Assembly (NCBI GenBank): GCA_001643675.2
Contig: LSRY02000010.1
Location: forward strand, 868,001-932,000
DNA length: 64,000 bases
Source: Monocercomonoides exilis PA203
Taxonomy: Eukaryota; Protista; Preaxostyla
Direction: 5' to 3'
In this document: piece by piece, positions 43,033 through 55,324 of the stretch
Position numbering within the stretch: position 1 is the first letter of the stretch
Layout of the letters: each line of letters starts with the position of its first letter
Position numbers and translations under genes: made by a program
Notes under the pieces: model-generated
The model's database searches: none
What the model was told of the DNA's origin: nothing
The model's input: the letters and a program-made list of their open reading frames with translations, nothing else

Positions 43033-43584
43033 TGCTTCTGCTGAAAACCAATCAATAATCGCCAAAATAAAAAAATTCCCCGCCCAAAAAAATCCCGTCA
43101 CTGTATCCACCCACAACTCCTCCCCACCTTCCCCCAAATTCGCCTCAACTAAAATCTCGTCATTCTCTCTTCCCGCCTCTATCCCGCCATTCCCCACCCC
43201 ATTCCTTCACCAGAATATAATATCCCTTCACTCCTTTCCCTTTTGCCCCTTCCGCTGCCTCCTGCAAAATTCTTCCTCATTCCATGCTTCAAAATATGTT
43301 GTTTTCTCCACATCAGCCGTGAAATGCAACGTCTTCCTCACGAAGGAACAGTGCATCCATTGTGCATATGCACCCCGGAAAAGCGTTGTTGCGCTGCCCA
43401 GCACCCCTCACAGCACCCGCAAAACAGCCAGAAACATTTTGTTTGGGTGATCATCCCGCCCATATGTGCGTGGATGCGTGTCAAAAAATGGAGTTTGGAA
43501 GAGACCGGGGCGCAGGGGGCGCGGAATAATGGGGCAGGGAAAGCGCGTCGATATGACGCGGCGGGAGAGACACATAATTGGTGA

Positions 43585-46049
43585 ATGCAGATGGGAGCAG
43601 GACAGGCATTGCTGGCGATAATGGAGACGATTATGCTGTGCAGCGGGGCAGGGGTGTTTGGGGATGTGTGTGCGGGGGACGGGCCGTGTGCGGTGCTGCT
43701 GACGGCGCCGTGGTGCGGGGCGTGTGGGGAGGCAGAGGCGGCTGTGGAGGAGGCGAGGGAGCACTTTTCTGGAATGGTGTGTGCTGTGTGTGGTTGTGTG
43801 TGCTGTGCTGTATGTATGGGTGAATGCGGTGTATTTTTTGACTTTCATTATTTTTTATCATTAAATTTTATATTATATTTTTTTTTTTTTTATATTTTTG
43901 TGTGGCTGCTGTTGGCAGGCGCAGAACGGGACAGGGCTTGTGCGGCAGGTGGAGTTCCATGTGGTCAGGGACGCGCACAGGCAGGCAGGGCGGAACCAGC
44001 AGCTGATGGTGGCTGAGCTGCCGGCGCTGTTTGTTGTTGAGGAAGGGAAGGCTGTGCCGTTTGAGGGGATGGTGTGGGATTTGCTGTTTCGCCTTGTTTT
44101 TTGTTTATTGCTTGTTTCATTCGAAATTATCTGCTTTTCTTGCGGCGGGGTGGGTGTGTTGTGTTTGTGTGTGGTGCTTCTGGCGTGCAGTTCACGGGGC
44201 CGGTGGTGACCGAGTTTGTGTCGGAGGTGGTGGGGAAGGAGGCGCGGGAGATTGAGAGAGAGACGCTGGAGGCGATGCACCGAGGGGGAGGGGCAGGTGG
44301 GCCGTCGTCGATTGTCCTTGTGGGGAGCGATCTCGGGAGCAGCGAGGCCCTGCGGCTGAAGGTGTGCATGAGCGATATTTGATGTATTTTTTTCTTCTTC
44401 TGCTTTTTTTTTTTAAGAGACTGGGAATGAGTTGTCAAAGCATTCATTCATTCATTTAATTTTATTGTTAATATGAAAAAATTTTTGTGTGGATGGATAT
44501 TTTTATTTTATTGGGGGTGTGTGTGGCAGAGAGGGCTTCGGAGGCTGGGGGATGTGCGGCCGGAGTGGAAGCCGTTTTTCTTTTCGGAAGACAAGCGGCT
44601 GTGCGAGCTGTTTGATGCAGAGTGTGGGAAGGCAGGGATCTATGCGTATGGCGGGGGGCGGGCGATGGCGTTTGTGGAGGAGAGTTTGGGTGAGGGTGTG
44701 GGTGCGTGTGAGAGTGTGGGCGAGGGAGAGGTGGATGTTGGGAGGCTGGAGGAGTGGGTGCGGAAGACGCGGTATGCGGTGTTTGCACCGCTGAGCGAGG
44801 TGTCGGTGGCAGACCTGGCCGAGCGCGGGGGAATGATTGTGATGACGGTGATTCCGCAGAAGGAGAAGGCGATCTATCGGAGGTGTGTGAGTGTATTGAA
44901 GCGAATTGACGAAGAGGAGAAAAAGAGAAAAAGATATATTTTGTGTTTTCTTTTTTTTTTTTTCTTTTCTTGTGATTTTTGGGGGAATGAACTTGCCTCA
45001 TTTCGAATATTATCATATTTTTTTTCAACTTTTCTTTTTAATTGCTGATTGTGGGGTGAAGGATGAAGGAGGTGATGATGGCGGTGAGCGAGATGCTGCC
45101 GTCTGTGCAGTTTGTGCATGTGGATCCGACAGTGTCTGGGGGTGCGACTTCATCGTCGATGCTGCCGCTGTCAGGAGCAGCCGGGCTGGCCACGGGGTCG
45201 AGCACGCTGTTTTCGCTGCTGAGCCGGGAGGCGCTGGACCTGCGGGATGTGCCGGTGGTGTGTGTGGTGGATGTGGGGCGAGGGGTGCACTTCTTGGAGC
45301 GGGAGCTGGATGTGCTGTCGGTGGGGAGCGTGGGGCGGTGGGTGCAGGATGTTGTGGCAGGGAAGGTGAAGGTGTGCAGCTGGATGGAATCTGGTTCTTA
45401 TGTTCATTCACATATTTTATTTTATTTTTTATTTTATTTTTTTATTCTTTATAAATATTTGTTTCCGCATTAATGTTCTCTTGCAATTCCGGTATTGATG
45501 GACTGGCAGAGCGTGGAAGAGGAAATGATGGAGGCGAGGGGAAAGGGAGCAGAAAGAGGGGTTTTGGAGAAGGAGAAGGAGAAGGAGGAGAAGGAGGAGG
45601 AGGAAGAAGAAGAAGAAAAGATAGAGGAGGAAAAGAAAGAGATTGAAGGAGGAAAAGAAGAAGAAGAAGGAGAAGTGGAGTGGGTGAAGAGCAACGTGGG
45701 GGTTGGGGTTGTGTGTGGGGTTTGTGGAGTGGCAGGAGGGATGATTCTGTCGAGGGGGTCGGGTTCAGGAAAGAAGGAGCGGAAGAAGACGAGGGAGGGA
45801 AAAGGAGGGAAAGAAGGGAAAGGAGAGGCAGACACAGAGAACGAAGAAGACAAAGACGATGATGGGGATGAGGATGGGGATGGGGATGAAAATGAGGAAG
45901 AGGAAGAAGAAGAAGAAGGAATCAAAAAGAAAGGGAAAGGGGAGGAGACGGAGAATAAGAAGAAGAAGAAGAAGAAAGGGAAGGAGGGAAAGGGAGGAAA
46001 AGAGAGAAAGGAAGGAAAGGAGGGAAAGGGGAAAGCGAAAGAGAATTGA
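43585..46049 (+). CDS. TMX3-like transmembrane protein disulfide isomerase, 6 exons, ~572 aa (copy B)
   Basis: Exons 43585-43776, 43919-44071, 44191-44361, 44530-44882, 45062-45371 and 45510-46049 total 1719 nt, in frame. WCGAC, TM and KAKEN-stop are present; nearly identical to copy A. Confidence 0.8.
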
Positions 46050-46674
46050 GGAAGGCGGGGGTTGAGTGAGTGTGTGAAAGTGGATGTTCTTTTTTCTCTC
46101 CATTTTTTATATTTTATTTATTTCATCTCTCTTTCTCTTTTAATTTTTTTTTCATTGCGAGCACTTCATGGGAACATGCGTTTTTCTTTCAATCTTCTTG
46201 CCATTTCTATTTTTTTTATTATTATTTTGGTCTCTTGGAATCAGCGCAAGATGTGGGGTGTTTTGTGGAGGGGTGGCTGTTTGGCTTGGGCTTGGAGGGA
46301 AAAGGAAAGGAGAAAAAGGAGTGAAAAGGGAATTGATTTGACAAAGAAACGCACACAAGAAATTTTCATCATTCTTTTTCCCATCTTCCATTCTTGTTTC
46401 GTTTCCACTCTTCATCCACACAAATCTCGAGCATTTGCATTTTCCCCATGAAAAATCAAATATGTGTGTCTGATTTGTCATTTTGACAGAAAGTTAACCT
46501 GCAAAATTAAAAAGAATTGTTTTCCATTTTTTATTGAATCATGCATGTTTCATCTTTCCAAGTGCAAAGAATGTTTCATCTCAGTTAGGAGTGACAATCC
46601 TTCTGTTGACTCCAACCTTCTTTGATGCTCATCTTGTCATCAAAGAAGATTGGAGTCAATTACTCATGGCTTTT

Positions 46675-46675
<1 letters not shown>

Positions 46676-46714
<39 letters not shown>
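46676..46714 (+). repeat. A39 homopolymer (T8 at the equivalent left-arm site 32184-32191)
   Basis: Direct comparison of the two arms. Confidence 0.85.
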
Positions 46715-46719
<5 letters not shown>

Positions 46720-47164
46720 AAAAAGTCATTTGGCAAATTGAAACAACCTCATTGGCTTTGTAATGAGTCATTTTTCCAGAATGGTCTTTTTCGAAGTTTC
46801 GATTTCAATTGAAAGAAAAAATGGATTTGCAAAACATTCCCCAAGATAAATATTCAAGAAATGTTTCTATTAATTCGTTTTCCCAATAAAGTGGATTGCT
46901 CAATTGCAATCATTTTGTTAATCAAAAATTTTCTAGATTTGAATATTGAATGAAACGTAAAAAAAAGAATTTTTATTATTCCGAAGTGATAACGACATTT
47001 CAAGAGATAAATCGGAAAAAAATATTTCTTTTAAAAAAATAATATTATTATATGCATTTGAAATTCTTTTTTATCTATTTTTTCGGATTTTTAATCTCTT
47101 AAAAAGTATAATATGGGGCACAGGAATATTTTATTTTCTGATTTTCTCCTGCATCCGCATCGTG

Positions 47165-50100
47165 ATGAGGAGCTTCTCCAGCATACGGTCTGCACACAAT
47201 ATTATTGCGTTATTGTTGCTTGCAGTGAGCTGCTGCAACGGTAAAGGCACTGAAGAAAATCAAATTCAACAAAAATGGAACGAGAAGGTACAGAAAAGCT
47301 CAATCAACTTTGGAAATGGAAATGGAGAGTATAGCAATATTTTTGGCATTCCATCAGAACAAGTTATAAAACCAACTGACAATTGCATTTGCTGTGTCCA
47401 AACAAGTCTCAATATCATCAACACCTCCTTGTATATGACCCATCTCAACATCATCCCCCTCGCTGGTTGCCCACTCCTCACTGCCCAACACCACTCCGCT
47501 GCCTCCATCTGCTCCTCCACTTGCACCATCCACCCACCTTCCCTCACCAACAACAACCACCTCCACCAATGCCCCCTCTTCCTCTCTGCCCATGCCTCCC
47601 TCGCCCTCACAAACTTCTCCCTCACCACCCACCAACCTGCCATCCTCTCCTTCCCCCTCTTCTCCGCCCCAAACAATCTCCTTCCAGATGCCCACTCCCC
47701 AATCCCCACCTCCTTCTCCATCTCCCACTCCTCTTTCTCCTCCTTCATCTCCCTCATCCAGACCTTCCTTTTTTCTCCTTCATCATCCACTTCTTTTTTG
47801 ACCCATCCCCACCTCCAAATCCACCTCAATCTCCATCTCTCAAACACCCTCTTCTCCAACATCTCATCTCCCCAATCCTTTCCGTCTCTTCCATCCCTTC
47901 CCTCCCACTCACTCAACCCATTCACATCAACTTCTTCTTCTTCTTCCGCAACCACTTCCACCAACATCAACACCAATTTCATCCCCTCTTTCTCTCTTCG
48001 CTCCTCTCTTTCCATCCACTCAACCATCTTCTTCCACACTCACAACCCCATTGATGGTGCCATCCTCCCAAACCTCAACAGCCCATCCACTTCTCTCTCT
48101 ACCTTCAACACATCTTTCCTCCACCAAGCGCGATCTTCATCAAATGCTCCTGTGGTTCATGTTGGAACTGAAACCCAAAGAAAATCACCTGGAAGATTGA
48201 CTTCGTTTGATGAGAACAGCCATCGTTTTGAGTGGTGTGAATGGAATAATTCAATTAGCGTAGGGAGTAATGGAGGTGCGCTTTATGTTTATTGCTTGAA
48301 TGCAAATCTCGAAATCACTTCTTGCTCATTCAACGAATGTTACTGCACTGGAGATGGTCAAGGTGGTGCGTTATGTTGTGGAAATTTGTTAAATATCAAC
48401 ATTGCAAAATCCAATTTCACGGGCTGCTCAGCCAGACATGGAGGAGCAGTGCACACTTATCATCCACTATCTTATTCCATCTATCACATTTCGGAAAACA
48501 AAGTGGAAAGTTGTTCAATAACAGATTGGTGCGGAACTGGCTGGTATTTCTGGCTCGAAAATATGACCTCAACTTGCCAATTTTTGTTTTCTGAATGCAA
48601 GTGCATTGCTAATTCTGGTGGTGATTCCGCTGGCTCTTTAACATTTCATTACCCTCCAACTAATAAGCCAAATCAATTTTTAGTCAATGATTGCCAATTC
48701 ATAAATAACAAATTAACATCTTCTTCCACTTATGGTGGTGCAGGAATATACTTTGATGGAACTTATTCCTGGATGAATGGAATAAAATTCATCACTTTCT
48801 GTTTCTTCGATGGCAACACCGCAACAAATGGCAGAGGGAATGATGTGTTCTTCAATGGAAGCAGCATTATTCAATCACCATTCAATCAGTGTGGCTCAAC
48901 AACCCTCACTCAAAGAGTCTGGAATTGTGGAACAGCAACTAATGATGAATACAACAGCTGGCTTCCGCACATTTCAACATACAAAATCGTATCAAATAAT
49001 GGAACAAACACTGAACTCTGTGGGATGACACGACTTCGTCCGTGCTCCACAATTGAATATGCTCTTGTTCTCATGACAGATACACGAGATGCCTCCATCA
49101 CTCTCCTTAGCTCAATATTTGTTCCTTCTCAAACACTCACATTCAGTGTGACCAACGCAAAAATCACCGGAAATGGTACAGATGCCACAACCATTGCCTC
49201 CAGTGGTATTTCTCAACCTTCGTCATCATCTTCTTCTGCCTTTTCTGCCCTCTTCCAACAGACCCAGGGCTCCCTCACAGTCTCTGCCCTCGCCATCGCC
49301 CACAACTCCACAAACCAAATCACCCCCATCCTCTTCCACCTCTCCGAAAACTCCCCTTCCCTCAAACTCAACACAACCATCATCACCGGAACAACCTCCA
49401 TAACAATAAAAACTCCCCTCTTCTTCCTCACTGCTGGCTCCCTCGCCCTCAACCACACAGCAATCACTCATCTCCCCCTCAACAGCCAAAGCATCTTCCA
49501 TCTCACATCCCTCACAAACCCCCTCACCCTCAACTCCTCCAACATCACTGACATCACCTCCACTTCCACCCCCGCCAGCTGTGTCCTCTCCTCTGCCACC
49601 TCCCCTGCCCTCTCCCTCTCCCTCGCCAACTGCACCATCACCAACATCAACTCAGCTCCACAAAACCAACAAACAGCCACCAATGGCGGGTGCATCTCAT
49701 TCGCCTCATCTGCCCCTGCCAACTCCTTTTCAGTAAGCAACACCATCTTCTCCACCTGCTCTGTGAGCGAGGATACAAGTTCTGGAGGAAGAGGCGGTGC
49801 TCTCATGATCGAGTTCAACCATGGCTCACAAGTGTCAGAATCCTCCTTTTCCATCACCAATATTGTGTTTTCAGCCAACAAGGCCAGTGTTGGAAGAGAT
49901 GTGTATTTTGTGTGTGAATCATTTGTCGCTTCTGTGAAAGAACCCTTGTTTGCCTTCATGGGAAACATCACTCAGAAAGACAACTCGATTGTCGGGCATG
50001 ACAGAACAGAGGCATTCGGTGATTGGGATATCGATTTGTTCATATTTATCGATGGATACTTTGCAGACAAGGTGTTTGTGGATGGCACATCTGGAGTGGA

Positions 50101-53100
50101 AGAGAAATATTGTGGACTGGAGAAGGCGCCATGTTTGAGTGTGAATTATGGGATGGAGCGTTTGAAGAGGCCACAGAATGTTCTTCAGGAGATTGTTGTG
50201 TGTTCAAAATCGAAGGTGGAAGGGTGTGAAAATATGAGTGGGTTGAGTTTGAAGGCAAATACTGAGACAATTGTGGAGATAGAATGCCAAAGAGAAGTAA
50301 CCGGATTTGAAGAATGCATTCTGAAATCAACATCACTGACAGAAATGGAGTTCATTGGGATTGCTGTTACATCGAGTTTTAGCAAAACAATCACATCAGT
50401 GATTGAATCAAGCACTCAAAATGGAGTGTTGCACATGAAGAACTGTGAGATGAGTGTTTTTGGAGGGAAGAGAAACACTATTGAATTTTTCTTGATCAAG
50501 TCAACAGGAAAGATGGTTGAACTGGAGTTTGTGACGATTTCAAATGTGAAATCAACATTCTCGTTGTTTTCATTTTCTCTTTTCTCAGCAAACATGAATG
50601 AACAGGAATGCAAACTGAAACTGTTGAATTGCATCTTAAAGGAATTGGAAATTGATGGAAGTGGAGAGGCAGCAGTGTTTGGAGGGAGCATGGGGGTTGG
50701 AATGGTGATGAATGGAAGCAGAATTGAAGGGGCAGTTTCAAAGACGAGCAAAAAAGGAGGAGCACTGAAGATAGCGTTGCGTGAAGGAGGATATGCTGCA
50801 CTTGAAAACAGTTTATTAATTGGATGTGTCTGTGAGAACGGGAGTGAGGGAGGAAAAGGAGGAGGGATATATCTGGATTGCCAAAATTGCTTGAATGAAA
50901 AGCCATTTCTTTTTGATATTGGAGTAACTTTTGAGAACAACAATGCAGCAATTGGAAAAAATGTGTTCATTTTGGGAAAGGATTTGAATAGTTCTGTGAC
51001 AAATGACTCATTCAAGTTTGATTATTCATCAATGAAGGATGATAAAACTCTGTTTGTTGGGAGTGACAACTTTCATTCAAACAAAGATTTGTTCATGTTT
51101 CTGATTCCATACAGCTCATTTGAGATATTTATCTCATCTGAAGGATTTGATGTTGCGCGTTGTGGAAGTGAAGAAGAGTCATGCTTCTCAATGTGGAAAG
51201 GAATGGAAAACATGGAAAAGGAGATTGGAATGAAAACAATTCAAATTGAAGGATCGACTGTTATTCGAGATTCATTCGATGTTTCCAATTATCAGATCAA
51301 AAAGGGTGTGAAGATGGGAGAAGAGAATGTGAAAGCAATATTGAATATTGAAAAGGCAATTGGAAATCAGCTGGAATGTTTCATGGAAAATGATATTCAT
51401 CTTGAATTGACGATTATCCAGCTCCAGTTAACATCGGGATTTGACAACTCAGCCAAAACAATAATTTCCAACAAAAATGGAGATTTAGTGATAACTGGAT
51501 GTGCATTTCATTCAGAGGCAAGAGTAAACAATGGATTTGATTGTGTGTTTGTGGATGCGATTGGAGGGAGTGTGGAAGTGAGTGATTTGTCAATTGAATC
51601 ATGCAACGTCGGAAACAGCATATTTTCTATCAACAATGTTGGTGTCTATTGCCATTTGATGAATATTCGAGTGGAATCGTTGAATGAAAGCAGAGGATGC
51701 ATTTTATCAATCAAGAAATCTGAACCAGAATTGAAGATAAATGAAGGAGTGAATGAAGAATGTGTGAATATTGAGATTGAGAAATCATCATTTTCAGGAG
51801 TGAAGAAAAGTGATAATGGGCCAAGCATTTTGGAATTAAAGAGTGAGAATAAGATTTGTTTTGTTGTGAATGAGAGCAGCATAACAGAAGACAAAGCAGA
51901 AACAAGTGAGAAAGGAGGGGCAATATTCTTCACATTGGGAACTTCTGGATCGATGAAGATGGTTGACTCAACAATCAGTCATTGCAGCTGCAGCAACAGC
52001 GTGGGAAGAGGAGGAGGAGTTTATTTGGCAACAAAGGAAAGAGGAGAATTGGATTTCTCATTTGTGAAAATGAAGTTCAGTGCAAACACAGCAAGAGTGG
52101 GGAATGATATTTTCATTGAATGCTTCAACATCACATCACAGATCAATGAAAGTCAGTTTCAATTTGATCTTCGAGAAGACCGTTACACCAGAATGAATGC
52201 GATATATGGAATTGATAGTTGTGAGCACACAAATGATACAGATCTAATTGACTTTGTGACGATCCATCAGAGCGACACAATCATTGTGAGCAGTGTGAAT
52301 GGATCAAATGAGAGGCAATGTGGAACAAACACACTTCCATGTTATTCGATTGATCATGGACTGATGCATTTGACTTCAGATTTCATGAGCCAAATGATTG
52401 TTGTTGAAGGGAGTGTAATTGGCTGTGAGATAAATCTGGAAGAAATGAGTTTGAGCTCAAAAAGAAAGGTTGAATGCAAAGTTGAAATGAAATCTGAAAT
52501 TGACAGAACAAAGGATTCTGTAATATCAACAACAGGAGAAGTTTCATTGCTGAGAGTCAGCTTTGTGTTCGATTTAAATTTCATCTCCTCACATGAATCA
52601 TTGATATCACCAGAAGGAGGAATTCTTGAGATAATAAATTGCTCATTTGACTCAAAACAATCTACTGGAGAAGGAAATATAGAATTGGCAAACATTCCAT
52701 TTCACATTATCAATATGGAAAAAGGAGAATTACAACTTGATGGATGCTCTGTATCAAATCTCATTCTTCAAGAAACAGCGTTCTATCTTTCTTCTCAACT
52801 TCCATCAGTGATTGATTCATTAACGTTTTGCAATTCAACAATGGAAACTTCTCTGATAGATATAAAGGAATGTGGAAAATTAAATGTGGATAGATTAAAT
52901 ACAGAGAATATCACAGTTGAAGGAAATGAAGAATCATTGATATCTTGCTTGTCAATGAAAAAGACAATGCGATTGACAAATTGCACAATGGGTGGAGTCA
53001 GTTCAAACAAAGCAAAAGGAAAATTGATGAAATTGAAGGATTGTTTAGATGTGAGAATGGACAGTTGTATTTTTGATGGAAGTTCAAAGGAAAGAAATGA

Positions 53101-55324
53101 AAAGAATTTGAATGCAGAAGAAGAAGAGATGTGCAGATGGGATGGATCTCTTGTGGATGTTGTGAAGAGTTCTGTTTTGATGAAAGATGCAACAATATCG
53201 AATTCACCAGATGGTGGAATAACAATAAGTGGAGGGGAAATAACTGTTGATGATGGAAGATTTGAGAACAATAATCCATCGATTGAAGTATATCCATCGC
53301 TGAGAAGAAATATCATCTGTTCAGATTCAGGAACATTGAATGTGATGAGTTTGAAAGGAGGAGATGGATGGAAGGATAACACATCACTTTGGATGTTAAA
53401 TGAAGGGTGCAGTTTTGAAGGGATTGCTTCAGAAAGGGGTTCATCATTCTTCATTCCTGTTCTGGAGAGTGTGGAAGCAAAAGACGAGACAGATAGAATG
53501 AAGCTGATATTCAAAGGATTGCTTCTTGTTCCATGCAATCTGTCATTCTCAGTTGTGAAGAGGAAGGGAGAAGAGAAAGAGCTTGAAAAACATAATTTTG
53601 ATGGAAATGGATTCTTATCGGAAAGAGAAGTTGAAGGAAGTGCGACAAAGGATCTTATCAGCAGTTGCGAAGATGAAATGGAAGTGAGTGTGCATATTTT
53701 ATTTGGGAATCCAGAATCTCCTTCATCAACAAATTCATTCATTCTGAAGAATGCAAGTGAAATTGAACAAAAAGGGGATGAAATAATTGTTGAAGGAGGA
53801 AAAGAAGGGAAATCTTCATGGGCTGTTATCTGTCTGATTTTTGCTGTGCTGTTTGTGATTGTGCTCGTTGCTTTGATATTGTTTGTTGTTCGGTGGAGAA
53901 AGGTGAAGAATGAAGCAGAAAATCTGAGAGAGATTGTGAATGATACAGTGAGGAAGGATCCGAAGGCATTTGAGATGGTGACGATGGAGATGTCGCCAGA
54001 GGAGCAGTGGAGGAGAGCTGAGAGGGAGGCAGAGAAGAAGAATTGTGAGAGGATAAAGAAAAAAGTATTCGAGAAAAGTTTGGCGCACTCTGAGTCTGAA
54101 GAGTATCTTCTCTCCGAGAGTGGTTCAACTGAGTACATTCTGGGAAAGTACCCAGACAAGATTCCAGATTGGGCATTGGAGAAAGAAGAAGAAGAGATAA
54201 GGAAGAGAACGCCATCACCATCAATATCTTCGACATGTTCAACTGATTCTGATTCAACATTTGTTCGATCTGAGAGTTTGTGTCCCACAACCTCGTCAAT
54301 GTCGAATTTGGTGGATGCCATGGCCTGTTCATCGCCTCATGAGAAGCTGATTGTGGATTTGAGGGATTCGCTGTTCATGCTGCTTCATGGAAGGAACGAG
54401 AAGAAGGAGATGGCAATTGGCTCATTGAAGGAGAGGGAGCAGACAGCTGCCCAGATCCTGTTCTGGGTGGCGAATCTTGCTCTTCATTCATTTGACGAGA
54501 TGGAGAATCCTCTTCAATCACTTGCCAATCTGAGTCCTCACATTGTGTTGTTCTCTGAGCACATGGTCATTTGCATCGTGATGCATTCTGACTTATTATC
54601 CGATGATTCAGATTCATCATCCATCTCATCATCAACTATTGTCACTTCTGCCAGTGATAATGATGATGATGATAGAGGCTCTCTTCCATCATCAGCGTTT
54701 GAGGAAGAGGATGACAACATGAAGGAGTGCATGCGATGGAAGGCGCCAGAGCTGCTGATGAACAAGAAGATGGGAGCAACAAAGAAGTCGGTGGTGTTTT
54801 CGATTGGGATGATGCTGTGGGAGTGCCTGACATTGAAGGTGCCGTTTGGGGAGTATGAGGCAGTGATTGCAGGGCAGAAGATAATGAATGGGGAGAGGCC
54901 AGATGTGGAGGAGATTCGGGGAAGTGTGTTGTTTGGTGTTGTGGGGAGTTGCATTTCAGCGCAAGGGAAAGACAGGCCAGGGGTTGTGGAGGTGAGGAGA
55001 GAACTGCTGGAGATTTTTCCAGCGGAGGCAAGGATGGTGACGATGTCAGATGCGATTGGGGCAACTGGGATGATTGAAAATGGGGAAGAAGATGAAATTG
55101 AGGAAGAAGAGGATAAAGAAGAAGGAGATGGAGATGGAAAAGGAGATGGAGATGAAGGAGAAGAGGAAGATAATGATGATGATGAGGAGGAGGAGGAGGA
55201 GGAAGAAGAAGAAGAAAAGATTGCAAGAGCTTTTGAAGAAATGTGGAAAGGGATGAAAAGGGGCTGTCGAAGAGAATTATTGGAGATGAAATGTGGAAAA
55301 GAAAAGATGTGGATTTGGGTGTGA
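47165..55324 (+). CDS. Giant beta-helix/TM/pseudokinase receptor-like protein (copy B, ~2719 aa)
   Basis: ATG at 47165. Same architecture as copy A but with four CG..PC modules. TM WAVICLIFAVLFVIVLVALILFVV followed by RWRK; identical RWKAPE...LWECLTLKVPF tail. Confidence 0.88.
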   Translation: MRSFSSIRSAHNIIALLLLAVSCCNGKGTEENQIQQKWNEKVQKSSINFGNGNGEYSNIFGIPSEQVIKPTDNCICCVQTSLNIINTSLYMTHLNIIPLAGCPLLTAQHHSAASICSSTCTIHPPSLTNNNHLHQCPLFLSAHASLALTNFSLTTHQPAILSFPLFSAPNNLLPDAHSPIPTSFSISHSSFSSFISLIQTFLFSPSSSTSFLTHPHLQIHLNLHLSNTLFSNISSPQSFPSLPSLPSHSLNPFTSTSSSSSATTSTNINTNFIPSFSLRSSLSIHSTIFFHTHNPIDGAILPNLNSPSTSLSTFNTSFLHQARSSSNAPVVHVGTETQRKSPGRLTSFDENSHRFEWCEWNNSISVGSNGGALYVYCLNANLEITSCSFNECYCTGDGQGGALCCGNLLNINIAKSNFTGCSARHGGAVHTYHPLSYSIYHISENKVESCSITDWCGTGWYFWLENMTSTCQFLFSECKCIANSGGDSAGSLTFHYPPTNKPNQFLVNDCQFINNKLTSSSTYGGAGIYFDGTYSWMNGIKFITFCFFDGNTATNGRGNDVFFNGSSIIQSPFNQCGSTTLTQRVWNCGTATNDEYNSWLPHISTYKIVSNNGTNTELCGMTRLRPCSTIEYALVLMTDTRDASITLLSSIFVPSQTLTFSVTNAKITGNGTDATTIASSGISQPSSSSSSAFSALFQQTQGSLTVSALAIAHNSTNQITPILFHLSENSPSLKLNTTIITGTTSITIKTPLFFLTAGSLALNHTAITHLPLNSQSIFHLTSLTNPLTLNSSNITDITSTSTPASCVLSSATSPALSLSLANCTITNINSAPQNQQTATNGGCISFASSAPANSFSVSNTIFSTCSVSEDTSSGGRGGALMIEFNHGSQVSESSFSITNIVFSANKASVGRDVYFVCESFVASVKEPLFAFMGNITQKDNSIVGHDRTEAFGDWDIDLFIFIDGYFADKVFVDGTSGVEEKYCGLEKAPCLSVNYGMERLKRPQNVLQEIVVCSKSKVEGCENMSGLSLKANTETIVEIECQREVTGFEECILKSTSLTEMEFIGIAVTSSFSKTITSVIESSTQNGVLHMKNCEMSVFGGKRNTIEFFLIKSTGKMVELEFVTISNVKSTFSLFSFSLFSANMNEQECKLKLLNCILKELEIDGSGEAAVFGGSMGVGMVMNGSRIEGAVSKTSKKGGALKIALREGGYAALENSLLIGCVCENGSEGGKGGGIYLDCQNCLNEKPFLFDIGVTFENNNAAIGKNVFILGKDLNSSVTNDSFKFDYSSMKDDKTLFVGSDNFHSNKDLFMFLIPYSSFEIFISSEGFDVARCGSEEESCFSMWKGMENMEKEIGMKTIQIEGSTVIRDSFDVSNYQIKKGVKMGEENVKAILNIEKAIGNQLECFMENDIHLELTIIQLQLTSGFDNSAKTIISNKNGDLVITGCAFHSEARVNNGFDCVFVDAIGGSVEVSDLSIESCNVGNSIFSINNVGVYCHLMNIRVESLNESRGCILSIKKSEPELKINEGVNEECVNIEIEKSSFSGVKKSDNGPSILELKSENKICFVVNESSITEDKAETSEKGGAIFFTLGTSGSMKMVDSTISHCSCSNSVGRGGGVYLATKERGELDFSFVKMKFSANTARVGNDIFIECFNITSQINESQFQFDLREDRYTRMNAIYGIDSCEHTNDTDLIDFVTIHQSDTIIVSSVNGSNERQCGTNTLPCYSIDHGLMHLTSDFMSQMIVVEGSVIGCEINLEEMSLSSKRKVECKVEMKSEIDRTKDSVISTTGEVSLLRVSFVFDLNFISSHESLISPEGGILEIINCSFDSKQSTGEGNIELANIPFHIINMEKGELQLDGCSVSNLILQETAFYLSSQLPSVIDSLTFCNSTMETSLIDIKECGKLNVDRLNTENITVEGNEESLISCLSMKKTMRLTNCTMGGVSSNKAKGKLMKLKDCLDVRMDSCIFDGSSKERNEKNLNAEEEEMCRWDGSLVDVVKSSVLMKDATISNSPDGGITISGGEITVDDGRFENNNPSIEVYPSLRRNIICSDSGTLNVMSLKGGDGWKDNTSLWMLNEGCSFEGIASERGSSFFIPVLESVEAKDETDRMKLIFKGLLLVPCNLSFSVVKRKGEEKELEKHNFDGNGFLSEREVEGSATKDLISSCEDEMEVSVHILFGNPESPSSTNSFILKNASEIEQKGDEIIVEGGKEGKSSWAVICLIFAVLFVIVLVALILFVVRWRKVKNEAENLREIVNDTVRKDPKAFEMVTMEMSPEEQWRRAEREAEKKNCERIKKKVFEKSLAHSESEEYLLSESGSTEYILGKYPDKIPDWALEKEEEEIRKRTPSPSISSTCSTDSDSTFVRSESLCPTTSSMSNLVDAMACSSPHEKLIVDLRDSLFMLLHGRNEKKEMAIGSLKEREQTAAQILFWVANLALHSFDEMENPLQSLANLSPHIVLFSEHMVICIVMHSDLLSDDSDSSSISSSTIVTSASDNDDDDRGSLPSSAFEEEDDNMKECMRWKAPELLMNKKMGATKKSVVFSIGMMLWECLTLKVPFGEYEAVIAGQKIMNGERPDVEEIRGSVLFGVVGSCISAQGKDRPGVVEVRRELLEIFPAEARMVTMSDAIGATGMIENGEEDEIEEEEDKEEGDGDGKGDGDEGEEEDNDDDEEEEEEEEEEEKIARAFEEMWKGMKRGCRRELLEMKCGKEKMWIWV

